64,000 nucleotides of DNA from Cystobasidiomycetes sp. EMM_F5 (lineage: Eukaryota), in contig JBPGPT010000003.1 of the NCBI GenBank assembly GCA_051047955.1, forward strand, positions 186,001 to 250,000, in the 5' to 3' direction. Positions within the stretch are counted from its first letter, which is position 1; every line of letters starts with the position of its first letter. The position numbers and the translations under genes are program-made. The notes beneath the pieces are model-generated. The model was not told the origin of the DNA, did no database searches, and saw only the letters and a list, made by a program, of their open reading frames with translations. Shown here piece after piece: positions 1 through 12,784 of this stretch.

Positions 1-1415
1 CATCTCTCTTTTGTTTGCAAACGTGTTTCTCCGTGCGTATCCTAACGCCCCAGCGTGGGCAACAGGGGCTGTTCTGTGCCTGTGCGGAGCATACGCAATC
101 AGTGTCGTTACCGGCCGTGCGTTCAAGACACCCATTGCGCACTTCCGTAAGCGTGGACTGACTTGCGTTGTTTGTACAGGTCTGTATTGTGGAATGCACA
201 GTCTGATGGGTGAGCTGAAGATCAGGCAAATTCATCTCGTTATGCCCTGACGAGGAAGCTCCCTTCATAGATTGCGTCGCTGGCTCACTCCTGGGTACTG
301 CTATCTTTGTAGCTTATATCCGATTAGAACCTCTTCTAGAGGACTTCCTCCTACAACCTGGCTACATCGGTATGCTGAGCTGGCACCGCAGTCGGCGAAT
401 CCTGTAGAAGCGAGCTGAGTTGATAACGCTACAGTGCCTTCTCTCATCCTTCCGACTCTGTTTCTTCTGGTGTCGACTCATCCTCAGCCGGTAGATGATT
501 GCCCGTGTTTCGAAGATGCTATCGCATTTGTTTCTGTCGCTGCTGGGATCTCGTTGGGATGGTGGTCGCTCAATTCGCACCCTGCTCTCCAAATGTCGCT
601 GTCACTGACCACAAGAGGAGCAATGGTCGACTCGGATGTCTTGGACAAGATCATTCGGCTGTCAAGCATACTGGCAAAGCTGTCCATTGGCGTTGGGGCT
701 ATCTTCGTCTGGCGCATCATTGCGAAGAGGGCGATGTACTTTATTCTTCCACCATTGTTTCATATAGTAACGCCCATAATCGAACTGCCAAGACGCTTTT
801 ATAGACCAGCTCGGTACAGTAGATTTTGTTCGTTGGCGGAGCCGCACTGAAAACCTCTCTTTGCACAGTAACTATCAGCAGATAGAAATTTCGAAACCTT
901 TGCAGGCTATACCATCCGTTTTGAATCTTGCTGACCTGGGATCGCCGTCTATTGAAATGACCAACAAATACTCGCAGGGATTGCTCTTCCCCCCAACGCC
1001 CGTCACACCCTCTTCGGCATCATCCCTCTCTCCCTCACCATCTCCGACAGAGCTATCGGCAAAGAGCTCTTCAGGTTCACATAAGCAATCCGAATACCTC
1101 CAGATTATGGGCACGGCCTCACGCAGGCCGAAGCGATCTACTGAAAAGCAACATCCAAGTCGACAGGCATCTGGCGACTCACAAAACAGTGACGCAGCGG
1201 ATGCATCAAGTTCGAAAGCTGACCGAATGAATGTCAGGCAAGTACGCGTAGTCCACTTTGACGTTGATGTGATTACGAAAGTCGTCGTGTATTCTGGCAT
1301 TGGCTTCATTGCAACGTGAGTGAAAATACTCCTCGTAAATCCAAAAAGACTGAAACGATGTGCCGTCAGTCTTGGCATGCCTTTGACCTTCATGTGGATG
1401 CATCTAGATGTATAA
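1..1415 (+). CDS. Sphingoid base-1-phosphate phosphatase (PAP2 family, Lcb3/Ysr3-like); 5' part lies outside the window; multi-exon
   Basis: Spliced motifs 'LYCGMHS' and 'HPQPVDDCPCFEDAIAF', several TM segments, and C-terminal 'DVDVITKVVVYSGIG'; last exon ends at TAA 1413-1415. Confidence 0.85.
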
Positions 1416-1622
1416 GTCGATGTACAGAGAGCAGTAATGCAGTCAGCAGTATTGACTCGGAGGGACAATCTTGAATGTAATGCGACTGTTCGCATAGCAG
1501 GGCATGAAATTGCGGAAGAAAATGCGAATGAAATCGCGACTACCCTTATGCTCTATTACCACAAATCGGTACATTTGATGAGTAGATCAATCACTGATAC
1601 CTGATTGGTCCTTTTGGCACAT

Positions 1623-3289
1623 CTATTGAATGCCGGGTCTACCTGGACCCAAACTCGTATCGGAATCCATCCCACTGTCTCTTGTCGGTGCTTTACGATG
1701 GTTGGCTGACACCTTCCTATCGAGACTCAAGCCGTTTGCGGATCCAGCAGACTCCATCGGCAACAGACTGATACCGCTGCTACTTCGAGCCAGACGCTCC
1801 TCCAATGCATCACCGCCTTTGCGCACTGCTTCCCATTCGAGGCGTACGTACACCCACATCCATCTTCTGATAACCTCCAGCGCTTCGAGGAGGAATATCC
1901 CAGCTTCCATCTCGTGAACGGTATGCAGATGAGATGAGAGCTTCAGCGACCACGTAAATCGCAGTATAAAGTCTAATGCGACCACGAGATAGTAGATTAC
2001 TACATCGGGGAGTAGCATTGTTCTCCGGAGGCCAAAACTTTCGCCAGAGCCGATAGGGGCAGCGCGTCGTGACGGCAACAGCATATGCAAACCCCAGTCG
2101 TTTGTAACATCCCACCAGAACGAGTACATTGAGTTGAGAAGGACAGACAATATCCAGACTCTAAAGAGCAGGTTTGACCCGAGTACACTGCCAGAAGAAG
2201 CGGACGCTGCAGACGTCTTGATGCCTGCGTGGTCATGCGGATCGCTGATGCCACCCTGTAGAGCTGAAAAGACGATCACAGGTAGCGCAGATGCGTATTT
2301 AAGCGCATTGCAGAGTGAGCGTTTCTTTGGCGAGGCAGGCGAAGACGACGCGGATGTAGGAGCGAGGAAGATTGATGGCCTATGACTATGGTGAAGGTGG
2401 TTGAGGCTGCTATGCGTATTCACATTGGCTGCTGATGAGGCCGGGGATAATTGAATATGTCCGCCGTTGCTAGGCGTGTCGGAAGGCGTATTAAAGTATT
2501 CCGAGACGCACTGTCGGAATCGGAAGAGGTATGGTAAACTGAAGCTGCGCTTCAGCGCCATCATAATCAGGGAACAGCAGCATCTATGCTCACGCAATGA
2601 GGAGGGGAACGCCAATTTGCTTGTAGCCTGCGTTCTCGACATCGTCGAGGTTGAGTATCATGCACACGCAGACCCACAGGTCACCCAGCACCTTCGCGAA
2701 GGACGTAAGCATATCTGCCAGTATCACGTCGCAAAATGGTACAGGGCGAAATATGCTGTCTGTGGCAGTCCTTCTTAAGGCGCTAAGGGAGGGCATTGAC
2801 CGGGAAGTCAGTAAAAAATCGCCAGGGCTGCTGCTGCAGAAGCGCTGACCGCAGGTACATGAACCGCTCTGCTCGCTTCAACTTGTCGACCGGCATGAGC
2901 AATACTGCCAGGGGCACGACCCAAGTGACAGCAGCGACGGCTCTCGCAAGATCAGAGGAAGCATCACTAGCTGCCACGAGTCGGAAGCCCACGAGCCATG
3001 CGAAAGTTGTCCACGCTATAGACACCGCAGCCAGCTGATAAACGGGCCTGTATAATCTCGACGGGTGCAAATATTCAGAAGAGTCGCTCGGAGAGCGTAT
3101 ATCGAGAAGGAACGACGTGTCTATGCCCAGAATGTGAAGGACGTGCAGATTGAGAGCCCAGCATAGTATGCCCAGCGAGACGAGCGCCAGAACGCGAAAG
3201 GGCAGCGGAATGTAGTCGCTCAGCGAGGTTATGAAGGGCGACAAGGCAGCATCGAGCCCAGCTTCCGTCGTCGATGTATCCTGTTCCAT
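1623..3289 (-). CDS. ERD1: EXS-domain protein, Erd1-like
   Basis: 'FCDVILADMLTSFAKVLGD', 'NSMYSFWWDVTNDWGL', 'LRFTWSLKLSSHL', 'LEVIRRWMWVYVRLEWE'; 3 exons. Confidence 0.9.
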
Positions 3290-3519
3290 ACCGGCATGGC
3301 AGCTACGCGAGCAGCTTTGCAGCGGGTTTGACTTGCTTTAGATAAGGGAGAAACAGACGACTACAAGGCACCACAAAGCAACGCGCGCAAAGGCAGAAAT
3401 ACTGTCGGACTTGGTGTAGTCACATGAACCGGTAACGTCTTATTGATGGAACAGCTACGTAATATTATGAGTGAGATCGTGTGTAAAATTACTTTTTGTA
3501 CATCTTTACACTCGAGCAT

Positions 3520-4191
3520 CTACTGCACGGATGCTATCAACCTTTGCACCGTCTCGCTTTTCCCTGTAGGTCCCTCCCACTTCCCATCTTGACCTTGTTT
3601 GCAACCTGCAAACATCATTGCTTGCTCCCACTGACGGCCGGCATTGACGTTCTCGTGGTACAGCGGGCTAGAGGGTCCCACCTTCGTCAACTCTTTTAAA
3701 GCGGGCTTTGAGTGAGCATTTTGCTTTTCCTCGTAGGATAGGGTAGGCAGGGACGAGAAGGCAGCTCCTTGCAGGAAGAAAGCCGATGTGCCTTTGCGCG
3801 TCTTGTGTGATTTGGTATGAGGGCGTGTGAAGTGCAGATCTGCCGCTGTATAGCCTGTGTATCGCGAAGCATTTTGTCCCAAGCGCGCAGAAGCTAGCGC
3901 AATTTGGAAGTACTCCGCAGTGTCCTCGTCATCAAAGAGGAAATCGCCTAGCTGGGGCGATGTGGTTGAGGAAGCGGACCTGCTATCGGGTGGTCTCATT
4001 AGTAAGTCCACGGAATTCCAACGATGAACTTTGACTTACGAAGATGTGTACGACTTTCCACTAGAGTCCGATGCATCGGAAAAGTAGAACTCGTCCTCGT
4101 CATCTTGTGGTGAGGTACGAATATTGTTGCTGGCCGGGGACGACAAGAAGGAGGAAGTGGATGCTACTGGTGATAGGGTTGTGTATGTCAT
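3520..4191 (-). CDS. Hypothetical protein with Ser/acidic N-terminus; 2 exons
   Basis: ATG at 4191 (MTYTTLSPVAST...) is joined through a GTAAGT..AG intron to ORF 3520-4011; no family recognised. Confidence 0.55.
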
Positions 4192-4609
4192 TCTCGCTGC
4201 TAGTGGCTGCTGAGCGTGCGTGAAGATTGCTTGATTTGATAGTTGACTGCGAAACAGAAAGAAAGGAACGACCTGCCTGTCTTCAGCTTTTAAAGACCCG
4301 ACTGGCGACGTATGTCCGCTTCATCTTAGGTCGTCGGCCTTCGCAGATAGACAGCGCTTGTAATCTGTGTGGTCGGTCTTGCATGAGGTGGACTAGCGGC
4401 ATCGGTGATAGCGGAGATCACCGAGTATTCGGCCGAACAAGCGGCGTACGGCAGCACATAGCTGGGCACGCGTCGCGGTGCGGTCAGCGAAGAAAGGCCA
4501 GCAAACAGACGCGTACTTCAGTGTGAGGCTCTTGCCGAGATGCTTAATATGAATAACAACATTGCAATCACCGGATTGGTCACTGCATACCACCCATATC
4601 CCACATGAC

Positions 4610-7600
4610 CTAGTACTCTGAACCAGGAATCTGTTAAGCAAGCGCTGTGTTTCAGAACGCATTGCGAGCAGAATAGGTATTGAGACCTACATTGAAGACT
4701 TGTGCAAATTGGAATATTGGTTGCATGATGTGCTTGAGCAATGGCGCTGGAAGGTTCACTGAGGAGTCTGCCTCAGCATGGTGGCGCAAAGCCTGCGCTT
4801 TCGCGAGCGGCCTACTGGAAACTAGCGAATATGAGATCTTTGAAACCCCTTCGCGTTGGATCAGCCTGTACAGTTGATGCGCCACCGCCGTGGGATACTG
4901 TCGACCCAGGATTAGCTCAGGCTGAATTCTGCATAGATAACACAACGTACAGCGGTTTCCATGTACCACCGATATTGATAAGTAGCCAAGCGAATGGCGG
5001 CATTCAAGGCCCGCTGCACATCCCCATCGTCGACGTAGAACTCTAGCAATTTCATCCAGGCTTTTGCAGAGAACTTCTGATCGAGGCAGCGTTGGTAGGC
5101 ATCCTTGGCTTCCTCTCGATGATGTAGTCGTAGAGCGAGATCACCAAGAATTTCCCATTCTGTAGGCGTCTTTCGGTATGGCACATGCTGCGACTTAAAA
5201 TGAGCAATCTCTGCACGCCAGATTGTATACACCCGGAGGTCCTGCCGATTGATTCGAGTTTAGTTCTCTTGCGCGGCGCGATTCACTCGACTAGCGGATC
5301 CTACCTCATATAGTACCATGAACAGGTTATCCAGCCACCGCTCACACAGACGCTTGTTGGTAAACGACGAAGCATTAGCTTGATCGTCCGATAACATATT
5401 GTTGTCCGTCGTCGCAGTGTGTGGTTTCTTTTCCGATTGCGGCAGTACGGTGGACACATCCGAGGCGGCTCCCGCAGCCTCCTTCGCAGCAGCCTCATCA
5501 CTCGCGTCTTGCACAATCGGGGCGTGCGACAGTTCAGGCTTTTCCACGCCAGGAGCAGGTCGACTCATATCACTCAATACAGCTGCTCCCTCTTCTCCAC
5601 CAGCCTCGCTATTATGATCAGAAGTTGACTCTATGTCGACCAGTGTGCTGCCGTCATCGTTTGCCGCGAACGGTTCTGCCGCAGTCTCTTGCTGCACTGG
5701 CGGAAAGAAGGATGTTGAGTCACCCGAAGGAGGTGGTGGAGTAAGGGCTTCCGTATGTTGCGATATCCGTATTTCTGGAATGGGCGAAGATGGCGACTTT
5801 GGAGGGAGACTGTCCGATGGTAAGGGGGGCAGGATATTCTGTGAATTGTTTGTAAAGCCATTGACGCGCTGCAATTGTTGCAAGGGTGGTGCATCGGTTG
5901 GGAGGGAAGGGGAAGGAGTCGTACCATGTACGCCTCGTATACTCGCGTCATCGTCGGCCCCCTCGGAGGCTTTGCCATTATGATTCGAACCCGGAGAAGC
6001 TCCATTCAGCGTCACTACTGGCGTCTCATCCTGCATCTGCTTTTGTATGCGATATTCCTCCTCCATTACGAAAACTTCACTCCGCGTTCGCAGCAATTCG
6101 TCCCATCCTAATTGATGCACCAGAAGCGTTAATAGCTCGTAGGCCTTCTTGTATGTTCCTCGAAGAGAAGGTGCCGGCAAGCGCAACAGAGTTAGATCTG
6201 CCTCATTATCCTGTTCACTCGCGTCTAGTGTAGCTAATATATTGGATTCCGTGATGAACGCCTTTACGGGAAGGTGCGTCCGCGATGGTGTGGGCATACG
6301 GTGGAGATCCCTTTCGTTGTAGGCGAACATAGGACACGAATTGAGGGTAAGCAGAGCGTCGTTGAAGTGCCGTAATTCGATATTGACTTCCGTCAGTTTG
6401 GCCCAGGTCACAAATTCGCTAGGTGCACAATTGACAGCTTGTCTTGCTAGCTTGAATGCCCATTCGCTTTTGCCCTGTGTCACCATTCAATTAGCATGAG
6501 ATGCCCAGCGCATCAAGAAAAACCCATTACCTTGTTACGCAGAAAATCCGCTTGTACGTGTAAAAGCGGATATGATTGCGGGTGTTCCTGGATAGCCTTG
6601 TACAAGACCTGAACAGCCTTTACTTCCTCATCTGCCAGTATCGATTTGCGTTCAGCGGGTGTGAGTCCAAGCACTAATGATCGAACCTACCCATGCCTAT
6701 ATATGACCTTGCCAGCAAGCTTGCCATTTCACCGTCCTTCACGACTAGTTTCTCGAAGAGATTGACAGCCGGACCATGCCTTCCGGCATCACTAAAGTAC
6801 TTTAGTACAGCCGAGGTGAGATGGTTGGATACGTTTGTAGCGACCTGAATTTCCGGATCCGATCCAAGTAACCAAGCTATAGATTCAACAACACATCTCA
6901 GCTGTTGTGACGCCGTACGAAGGTGCTGGACGTGAATCACCTCTGCTACTACAGCTCTCTGCTGCCGCGAGAAACCGGACTTCATCTTCCAGGCTACGTA
7001 TAGGATCCAATTTCCGATACCCCGCTATTTTGTAATTCGAATCATCGGCATACAGTATGGATCGAAGTATTGCAGAGAGGTAAACTTCCGTCCATATCGC
7101 AGCCGTAGGCGGATGACGGTCCCCCCGAAGATCCACGACGTAGGCGTCGACACCTCCGGGAATTTTAACTTCGACCCGGACGTCAACTCGAGAGAAAGCG
7201 TTAAAGGAGCTGCGCGGAGCTCCTGTATTAGCGTGCTGTGCTCGCAGACGTACTACAAGGAAGCACTCGCCAGAAACAGCCACTGCGGATTTTCCAGTCG
7301 CTTTTGCCTTTCGCTGAGAACCAACCGGGCGTCTCCTCCAGAGCGTACGATAGAGAATTTATGTATGCTGCCAAAGACGCAGACGAGGATGCATCGACTC
7401 CAGAGACGTAGTGATACGAGCCGACCTGTGGACATCAAACGAGGATTTGGGATGAGATACTTTGATGACACTCTTGTCGCTATTAGCAGCTACGCACGTC
7501 CTTTGTTGATGATCTGCCCATGGTCTTCACAACGTGACATAGGTCTGGCGGACCTAGTTCGCGAAAGTTGGCTGTCGGGTGCATGAAAGGCTGTCAGCTA

Positions 7601-7774
7601 GTTCTGTAGGATGGCACAGCAAACAGAAACATACCGAGCGATTCTGTGCGCGATAAGACAGCTTCGCCCAGATCAACCTTTGACATTCTATCGTCTCAGC
7701 ACTCCTTGGACTGGACCATCAGATCGCTGCAAGCTGACCTCAAAGAACTCGGGGATATCCTTGAGCGTATCCAT
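4610..7774 (-). CDS. ChAPs family exomer cargo adaptor (Bud7/Bch1-like); many exons
   Basis: 'FRELGPPDLCHVVK', 'FNAFSRVDVRVEVKIPGGV', 'ALLTLNSCPMF', 'KRLCERWLDNLFMVLYE', 'EWEILGDLALRL'. Confidence 0.92.
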
Positions 7775-8170
7775 GATTGCGGGTGTCGTGCAGCCGTGTC
7801 TGGCTGACCCCGACTAGCTGGACTGTGCTACGAAATGATGGGTCGCCAACTTTTGTCGGAGTGCCTCGACCACCTTTGCCGAAGCGCAACCCGTCTGTCG
7901 CGTTGCAGCGGAGCGCTCCTTATATGTGCGCAACTCAAGATCTGTGATTCAGGATCTCAAGGTTTCGCAGCAGTAATATGGTGTGAAGCAACATCGCGTG
8001 CCTTGATCGCACCGTTCACACAAAGAACCGACGCTTCATCTCAAAGGCAATTTATTGTCCATTTCAATTGACTGACAGACAACGGAAAGATTACGCCGTG
8101 TCATTACTGAATCCCCGTAATCCCCCTTGAGTGCGTAGCTCTTTCTGCAGGCGTACTCATTGAAAGCTCT

Positions 8171-8746
8171 TCACGGCGTGACCGCGCAATTGATGTGCAA
8201 GCGAGGAGCCTGGCTCTTGAAGTCAATGACTTGACCGCGGTAATACTGGGTCTCGACGATGACAAAATCAAAGTCACCGCATGCCCCTCGTGGAGTCTTG
8301 AGGAAGGCATTGATCTTGCCAGTCTTCGGATTGACGGCCTCGCCGTTTGTAAGCTGAAAGCAGCAGTAGGGGCGACGCACAAGCTCAGCAACGTTGCTAC
8401 AGATTGGGTTGATGCTTACGAAGTACTGTTCCTGCCCATTTGGCGAAACGAGGAAGGCAGCGACACTGTAGGTCAATGCATAGGTATTGCCGTAGTTCTG
8501 GTTGACGCCAATATACTCCATCCAGATCCCGCCGTTACCTGTATCAGTGGTCTGAATGGTTGTTCCGCCGGCAGGAGACGACACTGATATCGAGGGTTAA
8601 TCAGCAGCGAACATAAATGTCTGCAGGCATTGTCACACACGGTGACCGGACGGTCCAGCTCTCTCTGAAGGTTGAGCCGGAGCGGCAAAGCTACCGGTAG
8701 CGAAGGCTGAGAGGATTGCAAAGGCAGAAGCGGTTGTGAACTTCAT
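8171..8746 (-). CDS. Small putative secreted protein, unknown family; 3 exons
   Basis: N-terminus MKFTTASAFAILSAFATGSFAAP looks like a signal peptide; two canonical introns; stop at 8171. Confidence 0.7.
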
Positions 8747-9157
8747 GGTCGCAAGAAGGTAGAGACTTGGCTGAGAGACTTGGACGATGGAAGAGGGGAG
8801 CTACTGGCGTGAAGAATGAGAAGAGAATACAAGCTGCAAGCCATCGAGTCCGCCTTTTATGCCCGTCTGGCCAAGAACGCGTTTGACATTCTCACCGCCT
8901 GACACAGCTCGTTGCACGACGCGACTTCAGCGGGTCCGGGCTGTGCGGCGGACAATGAAGGCTCAACGAAGGGCTGTGAAAGGCAGTCAGGACGACTCGC
9001 GCCGTGTTAGGTTATACAGTGCGGAAAGCCGATGGAAATACGCGCGTGCGTGTCGGCCAGTTCTCCGTCCGTAAGAAAATCGTAAAAAAAATGCATTATT
9101 CGCGACAACACCGCTTGAAAATAACAGAGGAGTACTGATAGAATGGAGCGGAGGTTA

Positions 9158-11460
9158 TCACTGATGGGTACTGTCCTTCTGTGGCCTAGTAGACGTCCGG
9201 CTGTCGGAGCGATGATGACTTCCCACAGCCGGCTTGCTGGTTGTAGGTGTAGTAGATCGAGCAGACAGAAGACTCTGGAAGAAGTCGGCGAGAACCTGGT
9301 TTTGCGGTGTAGCACCTCCCGTTGAAGGCGGTGAAACTGGACCGGAAGTGGAAGCACTGCCATCGCTCAGCCCGTTCACTACCCTGGACGAATCCTGGTT
9401 GCAAAGCGTGTCAGAATATCGTCCACGTGGAGGGCTCATATGGCTGACAATTGTTACATACCTTTCGGATTGTATTAGCGGGACGCGCTGACTCGATGCT
9501 CGCTGTAGATGTAGGTGCTGGTACATCCCGCTGCAACGCCTTCTCCACAGATGACAAAGCTAGGCTCGAACTTGCCATCGGTCCTACAACGCCTGCAGAT
9601 GCGAAGAAGCGAGCAGCCGTGTCAGCCAAGGCATCGTCCTTGTTCAACGCTAGCGCGGCCTGTTTCGATTCCGTCATGCGAATCGTGTTATGCCGCATGC
9701 CGGCTTTGCGGGGATCTTTAGCGGCCTCGCGAGCCAAGAGCTGATGGTGTATGCGGAAAAAATCTTGCTCATCCTGGACGTCCACTCGTGCTGATGCAGC
9801 AGTAGACTTTCGACACGAAGACGTCAATGTCTCAAACACTACGCAAAGTATACCCAGCTCACATTGTCTTCCTCGCTAAGATGGGCCAGGATCTGCGCAT
9901 ACCGCTCTAGCGTGCTCTGTACCGCAGGCGACTCGTCACTTGGCTCCCCCATGTCATGCCCCCAGCCTTGATGCATGGCCGGCAAGTCAGTCTCCTCGCG
10001 TAGAATCTTGATCTTTCCCCACGTATCCCACCCCGTAGGCACCATGATTTGCTCACGATCAAGGACGTTTGCACGATATTGAAACGGAAAAGACTGTGCT
10101 GCCGATGACATCGATCGCGTGTCATGTCCCATCGAAGCAGACAGTATGTTCGCTGACTGAAATGGTAAAAACAGCCTGTGCAGGACGTACGCTCTCAAGC
10201 GGACGAATGTTTGCGGTTGCCGTTGGGAGGTGAAGAAGAGCGAAGCGCCATCTGAGATCTTGCTTTCAGCGCAATCATAGAATAGCTTAGTTATCAAACG
10301 TACATTGTAAGCATATAACGCGCAAACATTGTTGTATGTACTCGACTTGTTCGCTGGTCAGGTGTGCGGCGCGCTCCAGCTGTGATATTGCATCAGACTA
10401 AACTTGAGCGTTAGAGGCAGTCGGCAGTCGGACGAAACAAGCAGCTAACCTTCGCACATACAACAATTATGTTCAGGCCGAGGTTTGTCGTCAGCGTTCC
10501 TTGCGGGAGGGGCAGGGTACTGTCTTGCGCAGCGGCAGAGGCAAGGCTACTTGTACCTAAAATTGTCGTAGCCGAGGTAGAGGCATCGTTCCGTATCACT
10601 GGCTCCGTATAGCTACGCACACACGATTCCACTGCAACACAGATCCCGTCAACGAGGCGATATATGCAGCTGCGGTATGATACGAAGACGCACGCGCTTC
10701 TCTCGCCTCTGCAACTTCGTACTCTGCTTGCTTGTTCGAGCCATCTTGCTCCTGAGTTTGTATGAGATCCGTCAACCCTCTCAACCAGGATTTGAGATTC
10801 TCGAGAAACAGAAAAGGTCGCTCCCAGTCAAGGACAATGAGGACGACGGAGTGCCGAAGTTGATCTGGCGGCAAAGCCAAGCTTAATAGCGAGTCGTCTG
10901 TTGTAGCGGACGCGTCGGAAGTCTGAAAAATGGACAGGCGTGTGGTAGTATCTGCAGGAACAAAAGCAAGGTCAGCGACTTTGCACACGTCCTATCACGT
11001 TGAGTCTATGTCGGGATATCCAATGGCGCAACCATTCACAAGTTCAGGCATGCACTGACCTTCGTCGCCGTCATCGATATATTGGAAATTGAGGCCCAGG
11101 TCCGGTAGAGTCGAGGCTGCTGTACTGGATGCGCTGTCTGGGCCAGAGTCACTGTAATCAACACCTTTGCCTTTGTGCCTGCTCGGTGAGCCAGAGGCAG
11201 CGGCAAGATGTCGGATCAGAGTGCTCTTGCCGGAATCGTGACTGCCTGTTCATACGCTGGTATAAGCGTTACTGATTCTCAATTCATGCGTCGATATGCC
11301 CACCGAGGACCAGTATCCGCTTGCTCGTCGCCGTGCTCTTAATGGCTCTCCGCTCAGTCGACGCCAGTATGCTTGACCACAAACTACCGCTTCCGCTAGC
11401 AACGCCCGACGCGCTGGCTTCACGGGCAGCATGATTGCTGGTATTCCCGGATCTTTGCAT
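9158..11460 (-). CDS. Cytoplasmic dynein light intermediate chain
   Basis: 'LWSSIL..RILVLG', 'IVLDWERP', 'LGLNIIVVCAK', 'GASLFFTS', 'VPTGWDTWGKIKILRE', C-terminal helix 'VLADFFQSLL'. Confidence 0.9.
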
Positions 11461-11594
11461 AGTTGTAGCAGAAGCATGTACGCTCTGTCAGGGCAGCCGG
11501 CTTGGTTGGCCGTAGCCAGCAGGTTTGGGTTTAATGAAAGATGCGACGGCCAACTTTACTAAGAGCCCTTACGAGCAGACCAACATGAACACTG

Positions 11595-12660
11595 ATGCCC
11601 GTCGATGCAGCGATATCCTCTGTAAAGAATGCGCAAGAGGTGTCTACTTTAGGTCTTCATGACGGTAGAAACTGCTGACTGTTTACGCGCTTCTGAACGC
11701 ACGCGTTCTAGGCAACCTCGACCGACCTGATGAATCGCATACTAATGGGACGAGGTGACGCTACCCTCTCTCGTATCAATGAAAACGCCGAGCTCCTCTT
11801 GAAACCTGATGACCCTGCGTCGTGCGCCTTAGTTTTGCAATATAAGCCAGCCTTTCTGATAAGCGACCCGTACAGACAAGCAATATGTGGCTTGGAAGTA
11901 GGCAGCGAGATTCTCGGAGACACTAGGGAGGCCATAATGCAACTCTTTGAGCTAAATATGCGAGAACTGTAGGTCTTGCTTCCTCGAGCGGGGATGGTGC
12001 CGCTGAATAATGACGAGAGCATCGTTCAGCTACGAGTCCTCGTCATTTGGCTGGAATGTGACTGAGAAGCGCGAAGAACTGTTCCATCCCGAATCGCGCA
12101 TCCTCTATGTGCATGATGTGTCGCAAAACCTTCTAGCGTATGGAGTGTTCCGATTCGATACGGAGGATACGCTTCGGCCTGACACTCAATGTAGCGTCGT
12201 CTACTGGTACGCCTATCTCTGACGGCTTCTGCTCTCGACATACTGACCATATTAACAGCTACGAGCTCCAAGTGCAGCCAGGTCATCAGTCCGCCGGCCT
12301 GGGCAAATTGATCATGCAAGCAATGGAAGTCCTTGCCCAAGCCTTCAAGATACACAAAGTGATGTTGACAGTGTTCAAAGGTAAGTAATGCTAATACTTC
12401 CACCCCATCGTTTAACATCAGTAGGCTCTCTAACGCTCTTTTTGTCAATGTCGACAGCCAACACCGGTGCACGAAATTTTTACGAAAGGCTTAGTTACAA
12501 GCCAGACGAAATCTGTCCGTCAAATGGGCAGACCATTGATGCCAAGGATGGGAGTGATGTGGATTATCTGATTTTATCAAAAGTAGTCGCGACGGAAACG
12601 CCGAAGCCTGTACGAAAGATACCGCAGAGAAGTCGAATGGTTGGCGGGCGACGTAGGTGA
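11595..12660 (+). CDS. NAT4: N-alpha-acetyltransferase 40 (NatD, Nat4-like GNAT)
   Basis: 'NMRELY/ESSSFGW..EKREEL', 'FRFDTE', 'YELQV..GLGKLIM', 'KVMLTVFK/ANTGARNFYERL'. Confidence 0.85.
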
Positions 12661-12784
12661 AACACGCCCGTAGCTGGAAGCAATGGAAATTCTCCGTGGG
12701 GAACACTTGTTGAAATACGAAAGCATGTGCGTTGTGCCGTAAAGAGCCACCACGGCTCTGAACTATTCCAATACCCAACATGCA

